Shown: piece after piece, positions 24,106 through 31,581 of the stretch
Layout of the letters: every line of letters begins with the position of its first letter
Position numbering within the stretch: the first letter of the stretch is position 1
DNA from: a virus
Taxonomy: Duplodnaviria; Heunggongvirae; Uroviricota; Caudoviricetes
Length of the DNA: 64,000 bases
Virus record (IMG/VR): IMGVR_UViG_3300029485_000297
Direction: 5' to 3' (one strand)
Notes under the pieces: generated by a model
Seen by the model: the letters and a program-made list of their open reading frames with translations, nothing else
Database searches by the model: none
Told to the model about the DNA's origin: nothing
Program-made: the position numbers and the translations under genes

Positions 24106-24372
24106 TTAGTTTGTGTCGTCCTTATTATTTAATTTATAAAATTCATTTGTATAAGCTAGTAATCGTTTCATTTGAGCATCATCTGTATCAAGTATTTCAA
24201 TTGGTGAACAGTTTAATTCTTTGCAGATTGATTCTAAAATATCAAATTTAATCGAGGTTGATTCACCTTTATAGATTTTGTCGATTGTTGGATATGTTAC
24301 TCCTATTTTTTTAGCCAGTTCATAACGTGTCATATTTTTTTCTTTTAACTTATTTTGAATAGATAATCTCAT
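24106..24372 (-). CDS. XRE-family HTH repressor (cI-like position)
   Basis: Minus-strand ATG at 24372 after AGGAGG. MTRYELAKKIGVTYPTIDKIY HTH. Convergent with int and divergent from the 24448 promoter. The longer tool ORF to 24528 is an over-extension. Confidence 0.65.
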   Translation of the reverse strand: MRLSIQNKLKEKNMTRYELAKKIGVTYPTIDKIYKGESTSIKFDILESICKELNCSPIEILDTDDAQMKRLLAYTNEFYKLNNKDDTN

Positions 24373-24447
24373 AAATGCAATCCTCCTATATACATAGAGT
24401 ACCATATATAAAAGAAAAAATAAATATAAAAAATAATTGTAATAATA

Positions 24448-24476
24448 CTTGACAATATATATAGTGAAGTATATAA
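24448..24476 (+). promoter_or_regulatory. sigma70-type promoter (TTGACA-17-TATAAT)
   Basis: TTGACA 24448-24453, 17-nt spacer, TATAAT 24471-24476, about 45 nt upstream of the 24521 gene. Confidence 0.45.
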
Positions 24477-24520
24477 TACAAAATATCAAAGGAACAAACA
24501 GAGAAAGGAGGGCTAAAGCA

Positions 24521-24871
24521 ATGGACATAAAACGTGGTGAAATATACTTCGCAGATGTAGGTAGATATGATTCTCAGGGTTCTGAACAGAGTGGTAGAAG
24601 ACCAGTGTTAATACTTCAGAATGACATTGGAAATAAATTTAGCCCTACCACTATTATTGCCATTATAACTACGAAGTCTAAAAGGGAATTACCAACTCAC
24701 GTTGAGTTACATAAAGATAAATTCAACGGATTAAAACACGATTCTGTTGTAGCTCTTGAACAAATTACCACAATAGATAAAGATAGACTAAAGTTTAAGA
24801 TTGGTAATTTATCTAATGATGATAATGTTCGTGTTATGGAAGCGATGAAAATAAGTCTGGCTATGATATAG
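24521..24871 (+). CDS. MazF/PemK-family endoribonuclease-like protein
   Basis: RGEIYFADVG...GSEQSGRRPVLILQND...PTTIIAIITT are the MazF/PemK signatures. RBS GAAAGGAGGG. No MazE-like ORF upstream. Confidence 0.65.
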   Translation: MDIKRGEIYFADVGRYDSQGSEQSGRRPVLILQNDIGNKFSPTTIIAIITTKSKRELPTHVELHKDKFNGLKHDSVVALEQITTIDKDRLKFKIGNLSNDDNVRVMEAMKISLAMI

Positions 24872-24886
24872 GAGAGAGGAGAGAAT

Positions 24887-25186
24887 ATGTTTATGAAGAC
24901 AGAAGCATATGATTATTCAACAATTGATGAAGCTATAGAAAGATTACAGAAGTTGAAAACTGAAGGTAAAAATCCTAAAAATGTAGTAATACTTACAATG
25001 GATTTTGATAATAATACTTCGTCAAAAAAAATTGCGTCACCTGATGATGGATGTCTTTTAGTAAAGAAGTCAAAGACAATTATTATGAATGAAGATGAAT
25101 ATATTCCACACATGCAGCTTTTTAATACAGAACAGAATATAAAGAATATCATTAGAAGAGGAATAATGCATGACATACTATTATAA
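24887..25186 (+). CDS. hypothetical protein downstream of the MazF-like gene
   Basis: 99-aa ORF after GGAGAGAGGAGAG. Confidence 0.4.
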   Translation: MFMKTEAYDYSTIDEAIERLQKLKTEGKNPKNVVILTMDFDNNTSSKKIASPDDGCLLVKKSKTIIMNEDEYIPHMQLFNTEQNIKNIIRRGIMHDILL

Positions 25187-25334
25187 TAATTTGTCCAGAT
25201 AATAGAATAGAAAATATGATAAAATATAGTATTCGTAATAATTCTGCTATATTTTATCTTTACATAATTTGAGATTTTATGCAGTGTGTATAAAATAAAA
25301 TGCAAAATTGTTTCGAATATATGTTTGTGTTCTA

Positions 25335-25364
25335 TTGACATCGAATACATGTTCGGATTATAAT
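25335..25364 (+). promoter_or_regulatory. candidate sigma70-type promoter (TTGACA-18-TATAAT)
   Basis: TTGACATCGAATACATGTTCGGATTATAAT lies within a 340-bp non-coding AT-rich stretch. Confidence 0.35.
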
Positions 25365-25527
25365 ATGCAATATGGAAATGGAAATAAGAAATAAAAGAGA
25401 CTATACGGATGCTCGTGCGACCAAACACTTTTTGAACATCATCATATATAGCCTCTTTCTACGAAGGAGAAGAGCAACAATGTACTCTACTCACATTTAT
25501 TATATGATATTTCTTTATTTTTAGTCA

Positions 25528-26235
25528 ATGTACTTTCGTACATTTTTTCCAAAAATTACCAAATTTAATAGTGTTTTAATTTTTCTTTGGTATACCCAAA
25601 GTTTATTAAAGTACGCCAAAAGTCAGAAGGGAGTGATTTTTTTGGATTATGTAATAAGAAGTGGCAAAGTTTATATCCGTGTCAATAATGGGAAAACAGA
25701 AACTTGTGCAGAAAAAATGAAAGGTATATTTAGTGAAACAAAAGCAAGAAATATATTACATTCATTACCAAAAACATTAAAGAGATATGGTTTTCATATC
25801 GAAGCAATACCTGATATACCACCTAAAACCATAGAAAATAATACATATAAAATACCCGAATCCGTTTCACAATGGATTGATAAATTCGGTTCAATTGGAC
25901 AGACGTTAAATGAAGCGGAAGCGAGAAGTAACATACTCATAGCTGAACTTAATACTTGTGATGATGAACTTATAGATATTGTTCATGATGCTGAATTAGA
26001 GAATGATATGAATATGTATAAAGGATATCTGTTATATGTCAGACTTCGTAAGAATCGTAGAAGAAGACGTGAATTAAAGGATGAACTAATGATTATATCT
26101 GATGTATTGGATGAAATAAAGCAACCATCAAAATTTCAAAAAGAGCGTATTCAGAAAGCTGTTGATGGATTATTACATAGAAAATATAAGTATCGTGTTA
26201 CGGAAATAGAAGAAGATGAAAAAAGTGCGAAGTAA
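25528..26235 (+). CDS. hypothetical basic protein (start uncertain)
   Basis: Long ORF with an RRRR cluster. The first convincing internal ATG codes for MKGIFSETK. Confidence 0.35.
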   Translation: MYFRTFFPKITKFNSVLIFLWYTQSLLKYAKSQKGVIFLDYVIRSGKVYIRVNNGKTETCAEKMKGIFSETKARNILHSLPKTLKRYGFHIEAIPDIPPKTIENNTYKIPESVSQWIDKFGSIGQTLNEAEARSNILIAELNTCDDELIDIVHDAELENDMNMYKGYLLYVRLRKNRRRRRELKDELMIISDVLDEIKQPSKFQKERIQKAVDGLLHRKYKYRVTEIEEDEKSAK

Positions 26236-26271
26236 ATCGAGAATATATAAATGGAAAGGTAGGTAGATGGC

Positions 26272-26928
26272 ATGATTAATAAAGAAATGATGTTGGTTAT
26301 TAAAAACAATCCTAAATTGTCAGAAATACTTGATTTATATATGGCAAATGAAATGAAGAAGTTAAAAAATATTTGCTATAAAATATGGAAAGGTAAGGTT
26401 GATAATTACGAAGAAGATGAATTGCTTGACGATGCTATAGAAGTATTAATAGAATCTTTAGTTACATATGACGCTAAAAGTAAGGCAAAATTTGAAACTT
26501 ACCTAACGGGTAATATTTCAAGATCGTCTTACAGTTGGTTTCGGGATAATAAATATACAGGCTGCCGAAATAATCTTGCCAGAGATGGTAATGGAAAGAT
26601 TATATATGAAGATGTTAATGGCAAGAAAAGACCTATAAGAATTGACAATGTTTCATTTGACTTGGATAGTGACGAAACACAGAATTTAAAAGAAACACTA
26701 TCATCCAAGATAAACATAGAAGATATTCTCATTGCGGAGGAATATACAGATAAGGTTGAACTATATCTTAGCAATTTACCTAAAAGAGTTAGAGGCGTAG
26801 CAAAGTTATTTTCTCAAGAATACAATCGAGATGAAATTATGGAATTATTACATATAACAGAACAACAATTATTAGACTGTATGAAGATTCTAAAGTCATA
26901 CGAATACATATCATTATTATTTAATTAA
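26272..26928 (+). CDS. sigma-70 family (ECF-like) sigma factor
   Basis: Region-2-like DDAIEVLIESLVTYDAKSKAKFETYLTGNISRSSYSWFRD. Region-4-like HTH LPKRVRGVAKLFSQEYNRDEIMELLHITEQQL. Confidence 0.5.
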   Translation: MINKEMMLVIKNNPKLSEILDLYMANEMKKLKNICYKIWKGKVDNYEEDELLDDAIEVLIESLVTYDAKSKAKFETYLTGNISRSSYSWFRDNKYTGCRNNLARDGNGKIIYEDVNGKKRPIRIDNVSFDLDSDETQNLKETLSSKINIEDILIAEEYTDKVELYLSNLPKRVRGVAKLFSQEYNRDEIMELLHITEQQLLDCMKILKSYEYISLLFN

Positions 26929-26946
26929 AGAAGGGAGAATATTACA

Positions 26947-28491
26947 ATGGCAGTAATGTTAGGAAGAGATAAGGTAGTAAAGACACAATTAATGTTAGGA
27001 ACGGTGATTAAGCAGTTTAGAACAAATGTAATCAATAAGAATCATCCATTACAGAGAAAACCTGATCAGTGGTCGGACGAAGCAAAATCTGGACTTGCTG
27101 CCAGTGTAATTAAACATGAAGATATTGATTCAATTAAATTATGTGAACAGATTTACGAAAATAGTTTCACAAACTGGCTTATTGATGGATTACAGAGATT
27201 AACTGTATTGGAAGAGTTTAAAAATAATGTCTTTGCAATGGGAAAATCATTGAGAATGCCTATGATAGCTTATCAAGCTGAAGATGGAAGTGGTAATGTT
27301 GTTGAGTATGATTTAAGAGGTAAGAAATACAAAGACCTTCCAGATGAGTTAAGAGAAGAATTTGATAATTTCCAGGTAGATATAGTTAAGCATCTTGATT
27401 GTACTAATGAAGAGATAGCTTATCATATTGATAGATATAATAAGCAGACAAGTATGAATACAAATCAGAAAAATGTTTTGATGATGTATAAAGTGGTAGA
27501 TTCACTTAAAAGGGTTACAAAGAATAGATTCTTCTTGGACTGTGGTGAATATACAGCACCTGAAAGAAAGAAAGAAGTATTAAATAGAGTAGTTGAAGAG
27601 TCATTAATATTAATGTTCCATTCTGATTCTTGGAAGAAAAACGTAGCTATGGCTAAGTATCTTAATGAAAATGCCGCAGAAGAGGAATTCAATATATTAG
27701 AAGAGGAACTTAATAGATTACAAAAAGTAATAGATCAAGATACTAACGGACAGTTATTTAATAGCAAGAATAGCTTTATTTGGTTGGCAGCTTTTCATAA
27801 GTTTACTTCATATAACATAGAAGATATTAAATTTGCTGATTTCTTAAATGAATTTCAGGGAATATTACATAGCAAGACATTTAAAGAATATGATAATGAA
27901 TCATTTGATACATATGATAGCAACCGAAGCACAAAGGATAAAAAAGTTGTAATGGCTAAGTTAGATATGGTTACTAAGCTTATGGAAGAATATTTACATA
28001 TAAATAAGGAAGAAACTCATTCAGAAATCGAAGAAGTTGTTGAAAATACAACAGAAAACACAGTACAAATTATCTCTGAAACAGAGAATAATACTATGTC
28101 TTCTAATGAAGACGATGAAACAGATAGTAATATATCAGAACAGAATACGGGTAGTTCTGATGTATTACAGTTTGTTCAAAATAGTGTGGCAGAAGATATA
28201 GAGAATGAAGATATAAGTGAATATCAAGATTTTGTTGATGTATATATTGATATAAATTCATCGTTATATAAACAGTGTGAAGCAGCGTTAATGGCATTAA
28301 CAGCTTATGCTTATAAAACTGATAAGGATGAAGAACTTGCAACTTGGATTGAACAGTATCAGAAGAATTCAATTGATAAGACATATAGTTCTTCGCAGGA
28401 AGTAAATTATAGATATATGAAGAGAGATTTTGATAATTACATAAATTTCTTAAATAATATGGAGAAAGGAAGAACAGCTAGTGTTAATTAA
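26947..28491 (+). CDS. DUF262 (ParB-like/GmrSD N-terminal) domain protein with long acidic C-terminal tail
   Basis: HPLQRKPDQWS (QR...W) and LIDGLQRLT (DGQQR-type) motifs. The C-terminal ~150 aa are extremely D/E-rich. Confidence 0.6.
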   Translation: MAVMLGRDKVVKTQLMLGTVIKQFRTNVINKNHPLQRKPDQWSDEAKSGLAASVIKHEDIDSIKLCEQIYENSFTNWLIDGLQRLTVLEEFKNNVFAMGKSLRMPMIAYQAEDGSGNVVEYDLRGKKYKDLPDELREEFDNFQVDIVKHLDCTNEEIAYHIDRYNKQTSMNTNQKNVLMMYKVVDSLKRVTKNRFFLDCGEYTAPERKKEVLNRVVEESLILMFHSDSWKKNVAMAKYLNENAAEEEFNILEEELNRLQKVIDQDTNGQLFNSKNSFIWLAAFHKFTSYNIEDIKFADFLNEFQGILHSKTFKEYDNESFDTYDSNRSTKDKKVVMAKLDMVTKLMEEYLHINKEETHSEIEEVVENTTENTVQIISETENNTMSSNEDDETDSNISEQNTGSSDVLQFVQNSVAEDIENEDISEYQDFVDVYIDINSSLYKQCEAALMALTAYAYKTDKDEELATWIEQYQKNSIDKTYSSSQEVNYRYMKRDFDNYINFLNNMEKGRTASVN

Positions 28492-28677
28492 AACATTGTT
28501 AAAAAGTATTGTATTAAAAAAGAAAATGCAAATTGAAATAATGGAAACCTTGTCTGATATTTGTTTATATATGCAATTAGACGGATTCAAAAAAGATAAT
28601 GGGTATGGTCAATTTATGTATACACACTATAGCAATTTACAGGATATTTTAAAAGAGTATAAGGGAGAAAAATAACT

Positions 28678-28878
28678 ATGCCAGATATTACAATGTGTAC
28701 AAGCAAAACATGTGAAAGAAGAAAACAGTGTTATAGAGCAATAGCAAAGCCAGATAAGATACAAAGTTATGCTGATTTTACTTCGTTATGTGCAGATAGA
28801 GATTTTAGGTGTCAATGGATTGTTACTGACAGAGAAGTACTTGCTGATGATATAAGTAGCTTGTTAGTAAGATGCTAA
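28678..28878 (+). CDS. small Cys-rich protein
   Basis: CTSKTCERRKQCYR...C...C over 66 aa. Confidence 0.4.
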   Translation: MPDITMCTSKTCERRKQCYRAIAKPDKIQSYADFTSLCADRDFRCQWIVTDREVLADDISSLLVRC

Positions 28879-29180
28879 AATACAGGAGAATAATAAAATG
28901 GATAAAGATACAAATAAGCGAAATGAACTTAGAAAACAGTTACAAGCCTTATCAAAGGAGCGAATTATTGAATTATATATTCACTTATTCATGAATTTTG
29001 CTAATGATAAGGATGAAACCGATTGGGAAGATATTAAATAGAAGAGAACAGATTGCACAAGTTTACCGACCTAAACAACCTGCTCAGAGAATAAAATATA
29101 GGATAAACTATATATGTTCTATTATAACAAATCTATTTGGCTAATTCAAGCCAGTTTATCCTATAACAATTAGTCTTTTG

Positions 29181-29257
29181 ACTACGGGCTATTTTGAGTC
29201 CGAATAGTGAGGATTATATCACTCACTGAAAAGTATGTAATTTATATGTAATTTGAA
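29181..29257 (+). other. conserved leader/scaffold element 1 (hairpin - GAAT - hairpin - anti-repeat-like segment - TTTGAAG)
   Basis: Stem cgggct/agtccg with ATTTTG loop, GTGAG...CTCAC hairpin, and GTATGTAATTT complementary to the repeat core AAATTACATAC. Homologous to 29505-29586 and 31188-31268. Confidence 0.45.
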
Positions 29258-29487
29258 GTTTTGGAAGTATATGAAATTACATACTAACAAAATTAATAGA
29301 GATGATAAATGATGAAAGTATACGTTTTGGAAGTATATGAAATTACATACTAACAAAATATCTGGCAACAGAGAGGAGATGTTTCAGTTGTTTTGGAAGT
29401 ATAGTTACATACTAGCAAAATTACATAATATGTATCGACACAAGTTATAAATTTTTAGAAGTATATAAAATTACATCTCATTAAAAG
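29258..29487 (+). CRISPR. CRISPR-like mini-array 1 (4 repeats, 3 spacers)
   Basis: 36-nt repeat GTTTTGGAAGTATATGAAATTACATACTAACAAAAT identical at 29258 and 29324. 30-nt unique spacers. The third repeat is 32 nt with a 4-nt deletion, the fourth is degenerate. Confidence 0.6.
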
Positions 29488-29504
29488 AATATATAAATGA
29501 AATT

Positions 29505-29586
29505 AAAATCAATTCTATTGCGGTAGATTTTACTGCCGAATCGTGAGTGCAATGCAACTCATGAAAATCTATGTAATAAGTTTGAG
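29505..29586 (+). other. conserved leader/scaffold element 2
   Basis: Stem cggtag/ctgccg with ATTTTA loop, CCGAATCGTGAG, hairpin, and TCTATGTAAT complementary to the array-2 repeat core. Ends TTTGAG directly before the first repeat. Confidence 0.45.
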
Positions 29587-29754
29587 GTTTTAGATACATA
29601 TAAAATTACATAGGTATAAAACAAACCTGTTGAAATTGTTGAAGATATAGAAGTTTTAGATACATATAAAATTACATAGGTATAAAACACTTGCGTTGTT
29701 GTACTTGTAAGCTGTTTAATTTTAGAGATATTTAAAATTACAAAAAATATAAAA
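29587..29754 (+). CRISPR. CRISPR-like mini-array 2 (3 repeats, 2 spacers)
   Basis: 36-nt repeat GTTTTAGATACATATAAAATTACATAGGTATAAAAC identical at 29587 and 29653. 30-nt spacers. A degenerate terminal repeat at 29719-29754 abuts the nuclease RBS. Confidence 0.6.
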
Positions 29755-29769
29755 GGAGATTTACAAATT

Positions 29770-31158
29770 ATGGGAAACAATAGAATGACAATTTGTAGAA
29801 AAATTAAATTATTTCCAGTAGGAGATAAGGATGAAATCAATAGAGTATATAACTTTATTAGAAATGGTCAGTATGCTCAATATCAGGCTTGTAACCTGCT
29901 TATGGGACAGCTTATGAGTGAATATTACAAATATAATCGTGATATTAAGAATGAAGAATTTAAGGCAAGACAGAAAGAAATAATGACAAACTCTAATATC
30001 ATATTAAAAGATATTGATTTTGCAACTGGTGTAGACACTCCATCAGCCGTTACTCAGAAAGTCAAGCAGGATTTCAGCACAGCTTTAAAGAATGGATTGG
30101 CTAAAGGTGAACGAACTGTAACAAATTATAAGAGAACTAATCCACTTATTACAAGAGGCAGAAACTTAACTTTTTATCATGAGTATGAAACATATCATGA
30201 TTTTTTAGACAAGATTAATGATTCTGATTTGGCGGTATATGTCAAGTGGGTTAATAAAATTGTATTTAAGGTTGTGTTTGGCAATCCGCATAGGTCATTA
30301 GAGTTAAGATCTGTTATTCAGAATATATTAGAAGAGAATTATAAAGTGCAAGGAAGTAGCATTGAAATTGATGGTAAGTCAATCATTTTAAATCTCTCAA
30401 TATCTATTCCAAAACAACTTAGAGAGCTGGATGAAAATATAGTAGTAGGTGTTGATTTAGGCATTGCAGTTCCTGCTATGTGTGCTTTAAACAATAATCT
30501 TTACGAGAGATTGGCAATTGGAAATGCAGATGATTTTCTAAGAATAAGAACTAAAATGCAAGCTCAGAGAAAAAGATTACAGAAGTCATTACGAAATACT
30601 TCTGGTGGTCATGGTAGAGCAAAGAAACTGAAAGCATTAGAAAGATTGCAGAAAGCAGAAGTACATTTTGTTGAAACATATTGTCATATGATAAGTAAAA
30701 GAGTCGTTGATTTTGCTTTAAAACATAATGCTAAATACATAAATATTGAGAATTTAACAGGATATGATACAAGTGATTTTATCCTGAGAAATTGGAGTTA
30801 TTATAAACTTCAAGATTATATTACATATAAAGCAGCTAAATACGGAATAGAAGTAAGAAAAATCAATCCTTGTTATACATCACAGATTTGTAGTGTATGT
30901 GGTAATTGGGAGTTTGGTCAGAGAAAGTCACAGTCAGTATTTGAATGTGCAAATGAGAATTGTGATAGTCATAAAAAATATGAAAAAACTGGTTTTAATG
31001 CAGACTTCAATGCTGCCAGAAACATTGCAATGTCAACTCTTTGGATGGGAAGTGGACAAGTTACTGAAAAGAGTAAACAGGAAGCAAGAGAATATTATGA
31101 TATCTCTGAAAAATATGAACAAAGTAAGAATGGTTCAGAGAATAATAAAGTAGCTTAA
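29770..31158 (+). CDS. TnpB/Cas12-family RuvC nuclease, 462 aa (compact type V-like effector candidate)
   Basis: RuvC-I VVGVDLGIAVPA. RuvC-II KYINIENLTG. Zinc finger CYTSQICSVCG...CANENC. RuvC-III NADFNAARNIA. N-terminal MTICRKIKLFPVGD as in TnpB/Cas12f. RBS AAGGAG 29753-29758. Confidence 0.85.
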   Translation: MGNNRMTICRKIKLFPVGDKDEINRVYNFIRNGQYAQYQACNLLMGQLMSEYYKYNRDIKNEEFKARQKEIMTNSNIILKDIDFATGVDTPSAVTQKVKQDFSTALKNGLAKGERTVTNYKRTNPLITRGRNLTFYHEYETYHDFLDKINDSDLAVYVKWVNKIVFKVVFGNPHRSLELRSVIQNILEENYKVQGSSIEIDGKSIILNLSISIPKQLRELDENIVVGVDLGIAVPAMCALNNNLYERLAIGNADDFLRIRTKMQAQRKRLQKSLRNTSGGHGRAKKLKALERLQKAEVHFVETYCHMISKRVVDFALKHNAKYINIENLTGYDTSDFILRNWSYYKLQDYITYKAAKYGIEVRKINPCYTSQICSVCGNWEFGQRKSQSVFECANENCDSHKKYEKTGFNADFNAARNIAMSTLWMGSGQVTEKSKQEAREYYDISEKYEQSKNGSENNKVA

Positions 31159-31187
31159 GTGCTACTTAATCAATCGTAAGATTGCAG

Positions 31188-31268
31188 GTGATTTTGCACC
31201 TGAATGGCGAGGTTGTTAATTAATGGCACTCGTTAGAATCTATGTTAATAGTATCTGTGTGATTTGAG
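31188..31268 (+). other. conserved leader/scaffold element 3
   Basis: Stem caggtg/cacctg with ATTTTG loop, then GAATGGCGAGG, then ATCTATGTTAA complementary to the downstream repeat core TTAACATAGAT. Ends TTTGAG. Confidence 0.4.
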
Positions 31269-31370
31269 GTTTTAGATATGTTTAATTTAACATAGATACA
31301 AAACACGGTTAAGACAACATTTTACTCAGTAAAATGATTATTCAATATAGATACTACAGAAATGTTGAGA
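31269..31370 (+). CRISPR. CRISPR-like mini-array 3 (1 repeat, 1 spacer, degenerate repeat)
   Basis: GTTTTAGATATGTTTAATTTAACATAGATACAAAAC relates to the array-2 repeat. A 30-nt spacer follows, then a degenerate copy containing ATAGATAC. Confidence 0.4.
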
Positions 31371-31419
31371 TTATCAAGCTAATGGAAGAAAAATATAATA
31401 CGAAAAGGAGAATAGTTAA

Positions 31420-31581
31420 ATGTCAGTATTTTTTATATTAGTTTTAATAGGATTAATAATTTTATGGTTTCTACTGTCACCTTTATTTGAAAAAATTGGT
31501 AAGTTTGTTATCAATGTTATAAATAAAGTATTTTCGACAGATGAAATAAATAATAACGAAGAAAAGGAGACAAAAGAATGA
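31420..31581 (+). CDS. small single-pass membrane protein (NfeD-like partner candidate)
   Basis: 53 aa with hydrophobic helix FFILVLIGLIILWFLL. AAAAGGAG RBS. Stop overlaps the SPFH start (ATGA). Confidence 0.35.
   Translation: MSVFFILVLIGLIILWFLLSPLFEKIGKFVINVINKVFSTDEINNNEEKETKE

Noticed and set aside
24373-24528. Hydrophobic N-terminal extension of the minus-strand ORF 24106..24528
   Set aside because: An AGGAGG and ATG at 24372 give a normal-sized XRE repressor. The extension would run through the divergent promoter.
29258-29754. Arrays interpreted as replication iterons or a tandem-repeat satellite
   Set aside because: Repeat 36 nt and spacer 30 nt geometry with unique spacers, degenerate terminal repeats and the adjacent RuvC nuclease fit CRISPR-like arrays far better. 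Iterons are usually about 20 bp with short constant spacing.
30893-31153. 86-aa plus-strand ORF nested in another frame of the Cas12/TnpB-like gene
   Set aside because: It lies entirely inside a well-supported CDS and has no RBS, so it is an alternative-frame artefact.
29770-31158. cas1/cas2/cas4 or tnpA near the nuclease
   Set aside because: No ORF within about 25 kb on either side shows Cas1, Cas2, Cas4 or HUH/Y1 transposase motifs, so the locus is reported as a stand-alone effector plus arrays.
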